A stretch of 31,442 nucleotides of DNA, from assembly GCA_046758445.1 (NCBI GenBank), contig JBHIAE010000032.1:1-31442 (forward strand), in the 5' to 3' direction. Under the pieces are notes generated by a model. That model had not been told where the DNA came from, made no database searches, and saw only the letters and a list, made by a program, of their open reading frames with translations. Source of the stretch: Candidatus Thorarchaeota archaeon. GTDB taxonomy: Archaea; Asgardarchaeota; Thorarchaeia; Thorarchaeales; Thorarchaeaceae. The translations under genes were made by a program, and so were the position numbers. This document shows positions 1 to 8,037 of this stretch, one piece after another. The first letter of the stretch is position 1. Each line of letters opens with the position of its first letter.

Positions 1-891
1 AAGCCCGAATGGAGATGGGTTGCATCTGGCGGACTCAAACTGGCCGAGTATATGAACAAGAACGACCACTTCACTGCGGACCTGGGTCAGATCACATTCG
101 GCCCTGCCACCACAATGACGGGCGATGGCCCCTTTCAGTTCACACTATTCCAAATGACCAAGGGGAAGTGGGCAAACATAACAGTAGACGTAGAAATGCC
201 AGGCGGTGCGGGCGTTGTGCCCTATACCTTTGACCCCAAGTCACCAGCCAACGCAGTGCAGTGGGCTATTCCATTAGAGTTTGCTCTGAGCGTGAAGGAC
301 GTATGGCGAGTCATTATGAGCACCGACCATCCCAACGCAGGGCCCTTCACAAAGTACCCCTTGGTTCTCTCCTGGTTGATGAGCAAGAAACAACGGGACG
401 TATGGATGGAGAAGATGCACAAGTTTGCAACTGAAAGGTCTACCCTGGCCGATATCGATCGCGAATGGAGTATCTATGAGATTGCCATCTCCACTCGAGC
501 TGCCCCGGCAAAGATTCTAGGACTGGACACTAAAGGCCACCTAGGAGTAGGCGCAGATGCGGACATCGCTATTTATGACCTAGACCCTACAAAGGTCAAT
601 CTGGCCGACGACCCTGAGCGGATAATCAAGGTGTTTGGGCAATCATATCTTACCTTCTTGAGAGGTGAACAAGTTTCCAAGAAGGGCATCATCGGGAAGA
701 CACCGCACGGAAGGGTGTGGTCAGTCCATCCCGAACTGAACGATGCTCTCTGGGATAGAATCAACAAAGAACTCGAGGACATGATGAACCGTTGGTATGC
801 ACATTCCTTCCACAACTATCCCGTTCCTGACCGATATCGTGATCATATGGAAGAGCCTATTGTCATTGATTCCACTGGGGTGGCTGCATAG
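1..891 (+). CDS. fwdA: Formylmethanofuran dehydrogenase subunit A (5'-truncated)
   Basis: The frame is open from base 1 (KPEWRW...). Motifs AVQWAIPLE, STDHPNAGPF and EIAISTRAAPAKILGL..KGHLGVGADADIAIYD are typical of the amidohydrolase-fold FwdA/FmdA C-terminal half. Confidence 0.9.
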   Translation, partial: KPEWRWVASGGLKLAEYMNKNDHFTADLGQITFGPATTMTGDGPFQFTLFQMTKGKWANITVDVEMPGGAGVVPYTFDPKSPANAVQWAIPLEFALSVKDVWRVIMSTDHPNAGPFTKYPLVLSWLMSKKQRDVWMEKMHKFATERSTLADIDREWSIYEIAISTRAAPAKILGLDTKGHLGVGADADIAIYDLDPTKVNLADDPERIIKVFGQSYLTFLRGEQVSKKGIIGKTPHGRVWSVHPELNDALWDRINKELEDMMNRWYAHSFHNYPVPDRYRDHMEEPIVIDSTGVAA

Positions 892-965
892 GTCAGGGGT
901 GTTCAGGGCATTCTACCAATCCTTGACATCGAGAAACGGCACAACCGTAGAAGTGTGTCTGTACA

Positions 966-1745
966 ATGAGCGATAGGAATTCAACCACGTGGTTGCGGTC
1001 AGGATACGAGGGAGTGGCGGAGTTCTACGATCTCTTTGCCGATAATTCCGATCTTCCGTTCTATGTTAATTACGCCCGGAGGACAGGGTCTCCAATCCTC
1101 GATGTTGCAGCGGGCGCTGGTCGAGTGACGTATGAATTGGCTCGCAATGGGTTTCAGGTGACAGCGCTTGAGAAGTCACCATCTATGCTGGCAGTGGCGC
1201 GAAGCCGACTTGAGAAGGTTCCTCCAGATGTTGCTGCTAGGGTCAGCATCGTGGAAGGCTGCATGACTGATTTCGAACTTGACCAGAAATTCGCACTTGT
1301 TATCATACCATCGTCTTTCGGCCACGCCACAACATCAGAGCAGCAGCTCTCTGTGCTTCGGTGTGTTAGGGACCATATGCGGCCTGACAGTCTCTTTCTA
1401 CTTGACCTGTATCCCGGTGCCCTAAGCCTTGGTAGAGTGGAGTTTGAGGATGACCCTGTTTCTTTGGATGATGGAAGTCTGGTATCTCGCAGGGGCGTCA
1501 TCAACCCTGACCCTGTGGAGCAGATAATTCGGGTGTCCCTATTCTTTGAAGTAAAGACACCTCAAGGTGAAGAAATCGAAACAAAGAAGGTTGAGTCTGA
1601 GGCAGCGATCATCTACAATAGAGAAGCTGACCTGCTGATCGAGATGTCTGGTTTCCGTGTTATGGAAGAATTGGGTGGCTTCAAAGGAGAGTCATATGGT
1701 CCCGATTCGCAGAAGAGAATCCTTGTTCTCAAGCGTGAAGAGTAG
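966..1745 (+). CDS. Class I SAM-dependent methyltransferase
   Basis: N-terminal YxxxAEFYD, motif I ILDVAAGAGRV, motif II VTALEKSPSML, then GCMTDF/KFALVII and a post-motif LFLLD strand. Confidence 0.88.
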   Translation: MSDRNSTTWLRSGYEGVAEFYDLFADNSDLPFYVNYARRTGSPILDVAAGAGRVTYELARNGFQVTALEKSPSMLAVARSRLEKVPPDVAARVSIVEGCMTDFELDQKFALVIIPSSFGHATTSEQQLSVLRCVRDHMRPDSLFLLDLYPGALSLGRVEFEDDPVSLDDGSLVSRRGVINPDPVEQIIRVSLFFEVKTPQGEEIETKKVESEAAIIYNREADLLIEMSGFRVMEELGGFKGESYGPDSQKRILVLKREE

Positions 1746-1867
1746 CCTAAAGTTTGTGAATTGTGGTGGGGGGTCTTTGTCTTCCGAAAGAGTTCACGCG
1801 TGGATCCATCTCGTCCCAGCGCGAATCTTACATTGTTGGTGCGAGTTGATATTTTGGGGTCGGGTCT

Positions 1868-2947
1868 GTGGGGCCGAGAATCCAGCTTGAGGCTTCTGAT
1901 TCATCCAAAGACACTTTATTAGACGTCTATCGGCTGAATGAATGGGACTCTGGACTCCGTGAATCTGTGAGCCGGCTTGCCAAGAGTAGACGTTATGGAA
2001 GTGGACTCGAATTGTCCAAAGAGGCAGTATCATTCCGATGCGGCGTTTGCAATGAGAGAGTTGTAGTTGGTTCTTCTGACCGCGTCAGGGTGGTCGACAG
2101 ACAACCTGTTTCCAATAGTGCGATCGGTGAAATGGACACGTACAACATTGAATCCGAATGCAGTGACGGTGAAATTCACGTCAACATCATCGTTGTAGAT
2201 GGCGATGGCAGGTATCGCGGGCACAAGCATTCTGCCAAGAAGGAGTCCAAACACATCGACGTAAGTACACTAGATGATCTTCGCCGAATTCTGAGTTTCG
2301 GCGACAATCTCTCAAAGGTATTCTCGACCACTCTAAGAGGCAAGAGCTTCTTGATATGTGGTGAGGAAGACGAGTGTCAAGTCTGGCTTCGTGTTCTTCC
2401 GAGAGTCTTCTCTCTCAGTGACTATCAGGCAAAGCCGTGGATCTATCTCATTGAGGACTTCGTGGAAAGCTACCGAAAGGAACCATTTCCACAAAATGGT
2501 GTTATTGGACTATTGGATAGCGGACTGATTCGACAAGCAATCACTGCTCTGCCGGATGCTCCGCGAGTCGAGCTCAGGAATCGAACGGTGTACCAAGGTG
2601 AATCTCTGGTCTACGCTCAGAATCTGGTGAAGATGCTGCGCGCAATCCCCTCATCAGAAGACAGAGCCCTTATCACCTTAGTTTCAACAGAACTGGATTC
2701 ACTGAGAAGGTTGCTGAATGACCTCACTCAGAATCTAGAGATTGCTCTGACGGAAACTGTAGTACTTGGCGCTGGGCAGCTTTCAGAGGTTGAGTTCATA
2801 GAGTCCGTGCTCAATCAGGTGTTGGCTTCTAATTCGTCTAATGACCTGAAATCAAGATTGAAACGCGAAGAGCTTGAGATTCTTGCTCCTCATTTGATCC
2901 AACGAGTGCCCGCTCTTCGCAAGGCATTCCAAGCCAGAATTGGATAG
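1868..2947 (+). CDS. Putative DENN-like protein with N-terminal Zn-binding module (start may be TTG 2012)
   Basis: C58xxC61...C98/H104 module, followed by a segment reading like core DENN (VFSTTLRGKSFLICGEEDECQVWLRVLPRVF...AKPW...GVIGL...RVELRNRTV) and a helical C-terminus. It directly abuts a small GTPase gene. Confidence 0.55.
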   Translation: MGPRIQLEASDSSKDTLLDVYRLNEWDSGLRESVSRLAKSRRYGSGLELSKEAVSFRCGVCNERVVVGSSDRVRVVDRQPVSNSAIGEMDTYNIESECSDGEIHVNIIVVDGDGRYRGHKHSAKKESKHIDVSTLDDLRRILSFGDNLSKVFSTTLRGKSFLICGEEDECQVWLRVLPRVFSLSDYQAKPWIYLIEDFVESYRKEPFPQNGVIGLLDSGLIRQAITALPDAPRVELRNRTVYQGESLVYAQNLVKMLRAIPSSEDRALITLVSTELDSLRRLLNDLTQNLEIALTETVVLGAGQLSEVEFIESVLNQVLASNSSNDLKSRLKREELEILAPHLIQRVPALRKAFQARIG

Positions 2948-2956
2948 GTGGGCTGC

Positions 2957-3538
2957 ATGGATCAACCAGAATCAAGAGAAGAGTTTCTGGCTAGGATCAA
3001 GAGATCACGGAACATATTCAAGTTCTGCCTTGTGGGCGACGGAGGCACAGGCAAGACCACCTTTGCTCGATTTCTTGCATCAGGCGAGTTGAGCGTGTGT
3101 GAGAATCCCATAAAACGAACCCCGTACATGGATTTTGCTTCAGCGGATCTTGGGGCTGGAAAAGTGCAACTCATAGACCTTGCAGGTCAACGCGAGAGAG
3201 ATGCTCACCCTCTTGACCACATTCCCCATACTGCCCTAAGAGGAGCAGATGTGATTGTATTCTTCTTCTCTCTTGACAACTTCCAGTCCTTCCTCTCAGT
3301 CAAGGCATGGTATGACGAGATCAGAACATTGTTCACAGGATGGGGCGCTCAGATGCCCACCTGTTATCTTGTAGGCAATAAGAGCGACCTAGACAGAAAA
3401 GTCGAGGCCCTGAACGGCATTGATATGGTAGAACGATGTGTCGAGTTCAAGGAATACTACGAAACTTCACTTCTGAGCGGCGAAAACTTGGAGAAGCTCG
3501 TAAATGTTCTTGAGGATGACATGAGAAACAGGGAATGA
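2957..3538 (+). CDS. Ras-superfamily (Rab/Ran-like) small GTPase (alternative start GTG 2948)
   Basis: G1 GDGGTGKTT, G2 T in RTPYMDF, G3 DLAGQ, G4 NKSD, G5 ETSL. An SD-like AGGTG at 2946-2950 precedes ATG 2957. Confidence 0.93.
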   Translation: MDQPESREEFLARIKRSRNIFKFCLVGDGGTGKTTFARFLASGELSVCENPIKRTPYMDFASADLGAGKVQLIDLAGQRERDAHPLDHIPHTALRGADVIVFFFSLDNFQSFLSVKAWYDEIRTLFTGWGAQMPTCYLVGNKSDLDRKVEALNGIDMVERCVEFKEYYETSLLSGENLEKLVNVLEDDMRNRE

Positions 3539-3865
3539 GCGAGGCAATGCTCAACTTCAGACTGGTTAATCCTTTTCCTTGAACAATGCACCTTCAAACA
3601 CAACTGCGCATTAAGGAGCTGCTACGACGGATTCTCAAAAATAGGCATGAAGAAGCTTTGTGAATTCGTGATTTGTCGTAGACGGGTTCCTGTCCAAAAT
3701 CCTGATACATTTGGGAACTGCTGTCAGGCTTATTTGTTTCGGTTTGGAAAGGCCTCAGGGACAATACGATAGAAATCGCAACCGAGGTCTACCAAAAACG
3801 CTTTATTCCGCCGTCACTATGCTTCTTTTTACACTTGCTTTTCACCTATACGTGAGGTATGCGTA

Positions 3866-5347
3866 ATGGGAGAAGAGACATCAGTAGAAATGGAAGTAGC
3901 CCGTGAAACTTGGGTAACCCGAATGGGTTTCGTCTTCGCGGTCTGGGGCTCCATGACAGGACTCGGCAACGTCTGGAACTGGCCATTCAAGGTATCTGTC
4001 TTGGGTGGCGGTCCGTTCGTGCTCATCTACCTAATCATGCTTGCTTTGGTAGGTATTCCTGTCGTGCTTACGGAGTTCGTTCTGGGATCCACCTTCAGAA
4101 GAGGATTCCCCGGAGCTCTAAAGAGAATTCACCCTCTGGGAGAGTTCCTTGGCTGGTTCTGTCTTGTGAATACAGCAATACTGACTGCTTTCTACACAGT
4201 GCTGATCGGATATGCGGCAGTCTACGCTGGATATGCTGCAACCGGGCTTGCACTAGATGGGCCAATGGGGCCAGCTTTGTTCACTGACCAACCTAATTTC
4301 TTTGTGAACATGTTGATGTCACCCATAGTCCTTGTAGGATTGATTGTCGTCTGGATTGCTGTGTTCATCATTGACTACTTTGGAACCAGAGGTATTGAGA
4401 GATCAGTGATGATTCTGTTCCCACTCATGTGGATAATAATCATCTTCATGGCCCTGTTCGGCCTCTCTCAGCCTGGAGCGGCAGCCGGTATCGACTTCTA
4501 CTTGGACCCGGCACCAGAAGAATTCCTCAACCCGGATATGTGGTCAACAGCAGTCTCACTTAGTTTCTTCAAGTTAAGTGCAGGAATGGGTGCTTTGACT
4601 GCGTACGCGAGCTATCTTCCACGTCGTGGTGAACTCACCAATAGTGCAGTAACAACGAGCTTGCTCGACACGACTTTCGCCTTCACGGCTGGAATGGCCG
4701 TGTTCACAATCGCGGCTACTGCGGGCTTCCTGGGCGCAGGAGGAGTGGGCTTTGCATTCGTTGCATGGCCTGGAGGAATGACATTACCTGGAGGAAACAT
4801 ACTTGGGTTTGTGTTCTTCTTGATGATGGTGTTTCTCGGAGTCACTAGTGCGATCTCACTAGTGGAAGCAATAGTCACGGCTGTGATGGACAAGTTCGGT
4901 TGGCCGCGATCAAAGACAGTGATTGTTATCACACTCATACTGTTCCTCGGAGGGGTTCCGTTCACACTCTGGATGGAACTTCCTGATCCGGCGGGAGCAG
5001 GAGACGTTGTCTGGGGTCTGTATCTATTAGACATCTTCGACTACTATGTCGAGAACTTCGGCCTAGTCTTGGTCACACTGTTCATGATGTTGATCATGAG
5101 CTGGGTCTGGGGTGGCAATAAGATACTGGAAGCAGCGAATGAGGCAGGAGACTTCAAGCTGCCTAGTTGGTACAAGTGGGTGGTCAAAGTGATCTCACCC
5201 ATCGGTATCATCATAGCGCTGGCATTCATTTTCCTCAATGGATTCTATGCTGTCGGAAGTATCATGGAATTGGCGGCACCCCTGATATGGATAGCAATCT
5301 GTGTGGTCTTCGCGGCGATATTATGGCGTATGAAGGGGGTCGACTAA
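3866..5347 (+). CDS. Neurotransmitter:sodium symporter (NSS/SLC6, LeuT-like) family transporter, probably for amino acids
   Basis: RETWVTR, GLGNVWNWP, GGGPFVLIYL, E..LG, FFKLSAGMG..TAYASY, GVTSAISLVE; about 12 hydrophobic segments. Confidence 0.92.
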   Translation: MGEETSVEMEVARETWVTRMGFVFAVWGSMTGLGNVWNWPFKVSVLGGGPFVLIYLIMLALVGIPVVLTEFVLGSTFRRGFPGALKRIHPLGEFLGWFCLVNTAILTAFYTVLIGYAAVYAGYAATGLALDGPMGPALFTDQPNFFVNMLMSPIVLVGLIVVWIAVFIIDYFGTRGIERSVMILFPLMWIIIIFMALFGLSQPGAAAGIDFYLDPAPEEFLNPDMWSTAVSLSFFKLSAGMGALTAYASYLPRRGELTNSAVTTSLLDTTFAFTAGMAVFTIAATAGFLGAGGVGFAFVAWPGGMTLPGGNILGFVFFLMMVFLGVTSAISLVEAIVTAVMDKFGWPRSKTVIVITLILFLGGVPFTLWMELPDPAGAGDVVWGLYLLDIFDYYVENFGLVLVTLFMMLIMSWVWGGNKILEAANEAGDFKLPSWYKWVVKVISPIGIIIALAFIFLNGFYAVGSIMELAAPLIWIAICVVFAAILWRMKGVD

Positions 5348-5349
5348 GA

Positions 5350-5574
5350 ATGGGACTTATGGACATCATATTCGGCCCATACGAGCGGTTCGGGATGAGA
5401 GGCGGATTCGTTCTCTTGATTCTAGTGGCAATTGTCGGTTCAGTCTTTGCAGTCTGGATGTGGTACATTGGCGCTGCAATCGGGGCGGCCCTCTCATTCA
5501 TCTTGGACCTAACTCTGACCTACGGCGTGCTAGTGTTGTTCCTGTACATTATGTGGTATCGTCGTCCCAAGTGA
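5350..5574 (+). CDS. Small two-TM membrane protein (74 aa), probable NSS accessory subunit
   Basis: ATG lies 2 nt after the NSS stop. Two hydrophobic helices and a basic RRPK end; followed by an oligo-T tract. Confidence 0.7.
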   Translation: MGLMDIIFGPYERFGMRGGFVLLILVAIVGSVFAVWMWYIGAAIGAALSFILDLTLTYGVLVLFLYIMWYRRPK

Positions 5575-5585
5575 CTTATACCACA

Positions 5586-5600
5586 CCCCCCCTTTTTTTT
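5586..5600 (+). terminator. C7-T8 tract, archaeal-type oligo-T terminator
   Basis: CCCCCCCTTTTTTTT starts 12 nt after the stop of the NSS/small-protein pair. Confidence 0.6.
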
Positions 5601-5630
5601 GGACAATATCCCCTAGGTAGATGAATCAAT

Positions 5631-6050
5631 ATGTCAAGCGGACTAGAACGACTTGCAGGGAAAGTGCGCCGAAGACGGCGCAGATACTATATATTCGCAG
5701 TGATTACTGTCGTGGCGCTCGTACTCGCCGGCATAGTGGGATACATGATCTATGGTGCATCAGAAGCGGGATTTGCGGCTGTCCAATCAAGCCTGTTCCT
5801 GACCTTCGCAGTCCTACTACTGTTCCTTATTCCTACAAGAGACATGAGGCGGATTGAGTCGATCATCTACCTTGCATCAAAACATGGTGGAACCCTCAAG
5901 ATTGAAACAATTCGAAAAGAGTTGCGTCTACCAGATGAGAAATCAAAAGCTCTACTAGGTTGGATGGAGAAGCAGAAGATGGCTGAGGAACGCGAGCAGA
6001 CCGGCCGCTGGGTGTTTCCCGAACTCAGACGAAGCCGTGAAGGTACGTAG
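5631..6050 (+). CDS. Membrane protein with two TM helices and a C-terminal winged-helix-like domain
   Basis: Basic RRRRRR, two hydrophobic stretches, then IIYLASKHGGTLKIETIRKELRLPDEKSKALLGWMEKQKMA...WVFPEL (helix-turn-helix plus wing pattern). Confidence 0.65.
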   Translation: MSSGLERLAGKVRRRRRRYYIFAVITVVALVLAGIVGYMIYGASEAGFAAVQSSLFLTFAVLLLFLIPTRDMRRIESIIYLASKHGGTLKIETIRKELRLPDEKSKALLGWMEKQKMAEEREQTGRWVFPELRRSREGT

Positions 6051-6180
6051 TTTGCTCCAAGAATGCAGCATAGTAGGCATAATCACTATGGCGGCGTCTG
6101 CTAGAGCGATACCATCTGAAATGGATCTACTATGCAAGCGGTCTCAATTGATATCTTCGTCATAAATGCCAATCGTATGA

Positions 6181-7284
6181 CTACTGCATCAGTGTGGTCA
6201 ATACATCGTCATATGACAAGACTTGGTTGCATTTCTTGAAGGGCTTCTTTCTTCCCTGTCGGTCCAGCCACTCTCCCTCGATGTCCACTATGCGAAGAGT
6301 ACCCTCCTGGGCCACGCGAACACGTGACCAGTTCCAATATTCTAGTGTTCCCTTGTTGAGAGTGATGGAAACCGATGTCTTCGATGTATCGTAGCCAATG
6401 GTTAGCTTTGTTCTGTTCCCGAAGTCTATGTCTTGCTTCTCCTCTACGGTGGTGCCTGCTTCGTCTGTCCCTTTGACGGTTATGTGAGCTCCAAATGCTT
6501 CATGAATGTGTCCGACAAGAATGAGGAACGGCCTCTGTTCATCCGCTATGGATCTCAAAGCCGTGCTTCCTTTTTGTGCTCCCCATAGATGTGGAGGCAC
6601 TCCAAACCGTCCAAGTCGGTCTCTCATTCCGAATGGAGGGCTATGCGTTGCGATGATCAGATTCTCAGGTCTTGTATCGGCTCTTTGCACAGCATCATTC
6701 ACGGCCCAAGTCAGGTTCTCCTCGGAACGTTCTCCTGGAAAGGTATGGTTGATAGGATTTGATCCTTCGACACCAATTATGGAGAAACCACTCATCTCGT
6801 ATAGCCCTCCTGGCCAAGTAGTTCTCCTGGTCTGTAGGTCCATGTATGTTTCGTCAGGATGAATTCGATCTACACGAGAATCAGAATCCTTGTCAGTCCC
6901 TACGTCGCGTATGTTCTCAGAGCCAATTGCCTCTATTGCATCAGCCGTGGTGCCAAACATCTCATAGTTGCCAGCCACACAAAGGGCAGGAGCGGGTGAA
7001 TCTAGCAGAGTGCTCAGGAGTTCTTTTAGCTTCTCAACCGACTCCTTTGAAATCTCAGATTGATCCGTTCCCACCTTTAGGTACGCAGGCTCAGCCAAAT
7101 AGTCACCATCAAACAACAACACATCTGGCGGACAATTCTTAAGGTTCTCATGGAGAAGACGAACCTTCCCTACCTCCTCATGCGGGTCACCACTCCCAGC
7201 GAACTCGAAGACTTTGTTGTCATTCAAATATGCCTCCAATTCTCCGATTTTGAATGATGGTTTCTTTTTGCGACGAAAGCTCAT
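6181..7284 (-). CDS. Calcineurin-like metallophosphoesterase (Icc-related)
   Basis: GDPH (DxH), DGD, AGNYE, THSPP, GHIHE. SD GAGGAG at about 7292-7297 favours ATG 7284 over TTG 7299. Confidence 0.85.
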   Translation of the reverse strand: MSFRRKKKPSFKIGELEAYLNDNKVFEFAGSGDPHEEVGKVRLLHENLKNCPPDVLLFDGDYLAEPAYLKVGTDQSEISKESVEKLKELLSTLLDSPAPALCVAGNYEMFGTTADAIEAIGSENIRDVGTDKDSDSRVDRIHPDETYMDLQTRRTTWPGGLYEMSGFSIIGVEGSNPINHTFPGERSEENLTWAVNDAVQRADTRPENLIIATHSPPFGMRDRLGRFGVPPHLWGAQKGSTALRSIADEQRPFLILVGHIHEAFGAHITVKGTDEAGTTVEEKQDIDFGNRTKLTIGYDTSKTSVSITLNKGTLEYWNWSRVRVAQEGTLRIVDIEGEWLDRQGRKKPFKKCNQVLSYDDVLTTLMQ

Positions 7285-7410
7285 TGTTAAACTCCTCAAA
7301 CTTGATATTCCCTAGACTCGTTCAATCTCGAGAGCCCAACATTGGATTTATCTGTTAGGGAATGTCATCTCCAGAGCGACTCTGCATAGGGTTTATGTCA
7401 GTTCCGATAG

Positions 7411-7959
7411 GTGAAATACTTGCCAGACTCGTACAAGGTATTAGTAGACTGCTTCGATGCAAACGGACTCTATGAAGAGAACTACGAGAGAATCATGCTC
7501 GTTATGAACTGTCTGGCTTCATCAAAGCTGCTAAAGCGAGATTGGGTATCTTCTCAAGCCGTGGGTGGGACTTGGGCTAGGTCGATTAGGTGCACCTTTC
7601 AAGCGGAACTGGACGCTTATGCCATCAAAGCTCTCATGCTGGGACTAGAGTATGCCAGCTTGGATGAGGTCCCTGAAAGACTGCATCCGAAGAGCAACTC
7701 TGAGTTGTTCAGGTTTGCGGACATTGATGTCTTTGAAATCAAGGGAAAAGAAGGTAGTGCAGTAAGTCGAATTGCTGGTCGACTAAGACTTAGTGAGAGG
7801 AAGATTGGGATTGGTGACTTGCGCAAAGGTGAGTCCGACGTCAAATTCGCCCTTTCATGCAGGAAGAAGCTACTTGAGCAGCTAGATGATGGGACTCGGA
7901 AGGAGCTGCTCGACTTGGAGAATCAAATCTACGAAGTGCTCCAGCGGGCCGTTCTTTGA
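7411..7959 (+). CDS. Hypothetical protein with weak CitX-like pattern
   Basis: 182-aa ORF filling the gap between two minus-strand genes; contains IKALMLGLE...FRFADIDVFE...VSR. Confidence 0.55.
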   Translation: MKYLPDSYKVLVDCFDANGLYEENYERIMLVMNCLASSKLLKRDWVSSQAVGGTWARSIRCTFQAELDAYAIKALMLGLEYASLDEVPERLHPKSNSELFRFADIDVFEIKGKEGSAVSRIAGRLRLSERKIGIGDLRKGESDVKFALSCRKKLLEQLDDGTRKELLDLENQIYEVLQRAVL

Positions 7960-8037
7960 TAGGAAGGAAGTCCAGGCTGGTTGGCACAGCTGACACCAGT
8001 TTCAGGGAATACTGGGTGAATGACGGCTTGCGAATGA

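Noticed and set aside
2948-2956. MGC N-terminus as a myristoylation/palmitoylation signal
   Set aside because: It depends on the GTG start, whereas SD spacing favours ATG 2957. N-myristoylation is not established in archaea.
2957-3538. Calling the GTPase a Ran ortholog
   Set aside because: Only the G1 region matches. It lacks the Ran switch II (EKFGGLRDGYY) and the C-terminal extension with the acidic DEDDDL tail.
5167-5349. 135-aa version of the small membrane ORF
   Set aside because: The extension overlaps the NSS gene in another frame and looks non-coding; ATG 5350 is the sensible start.
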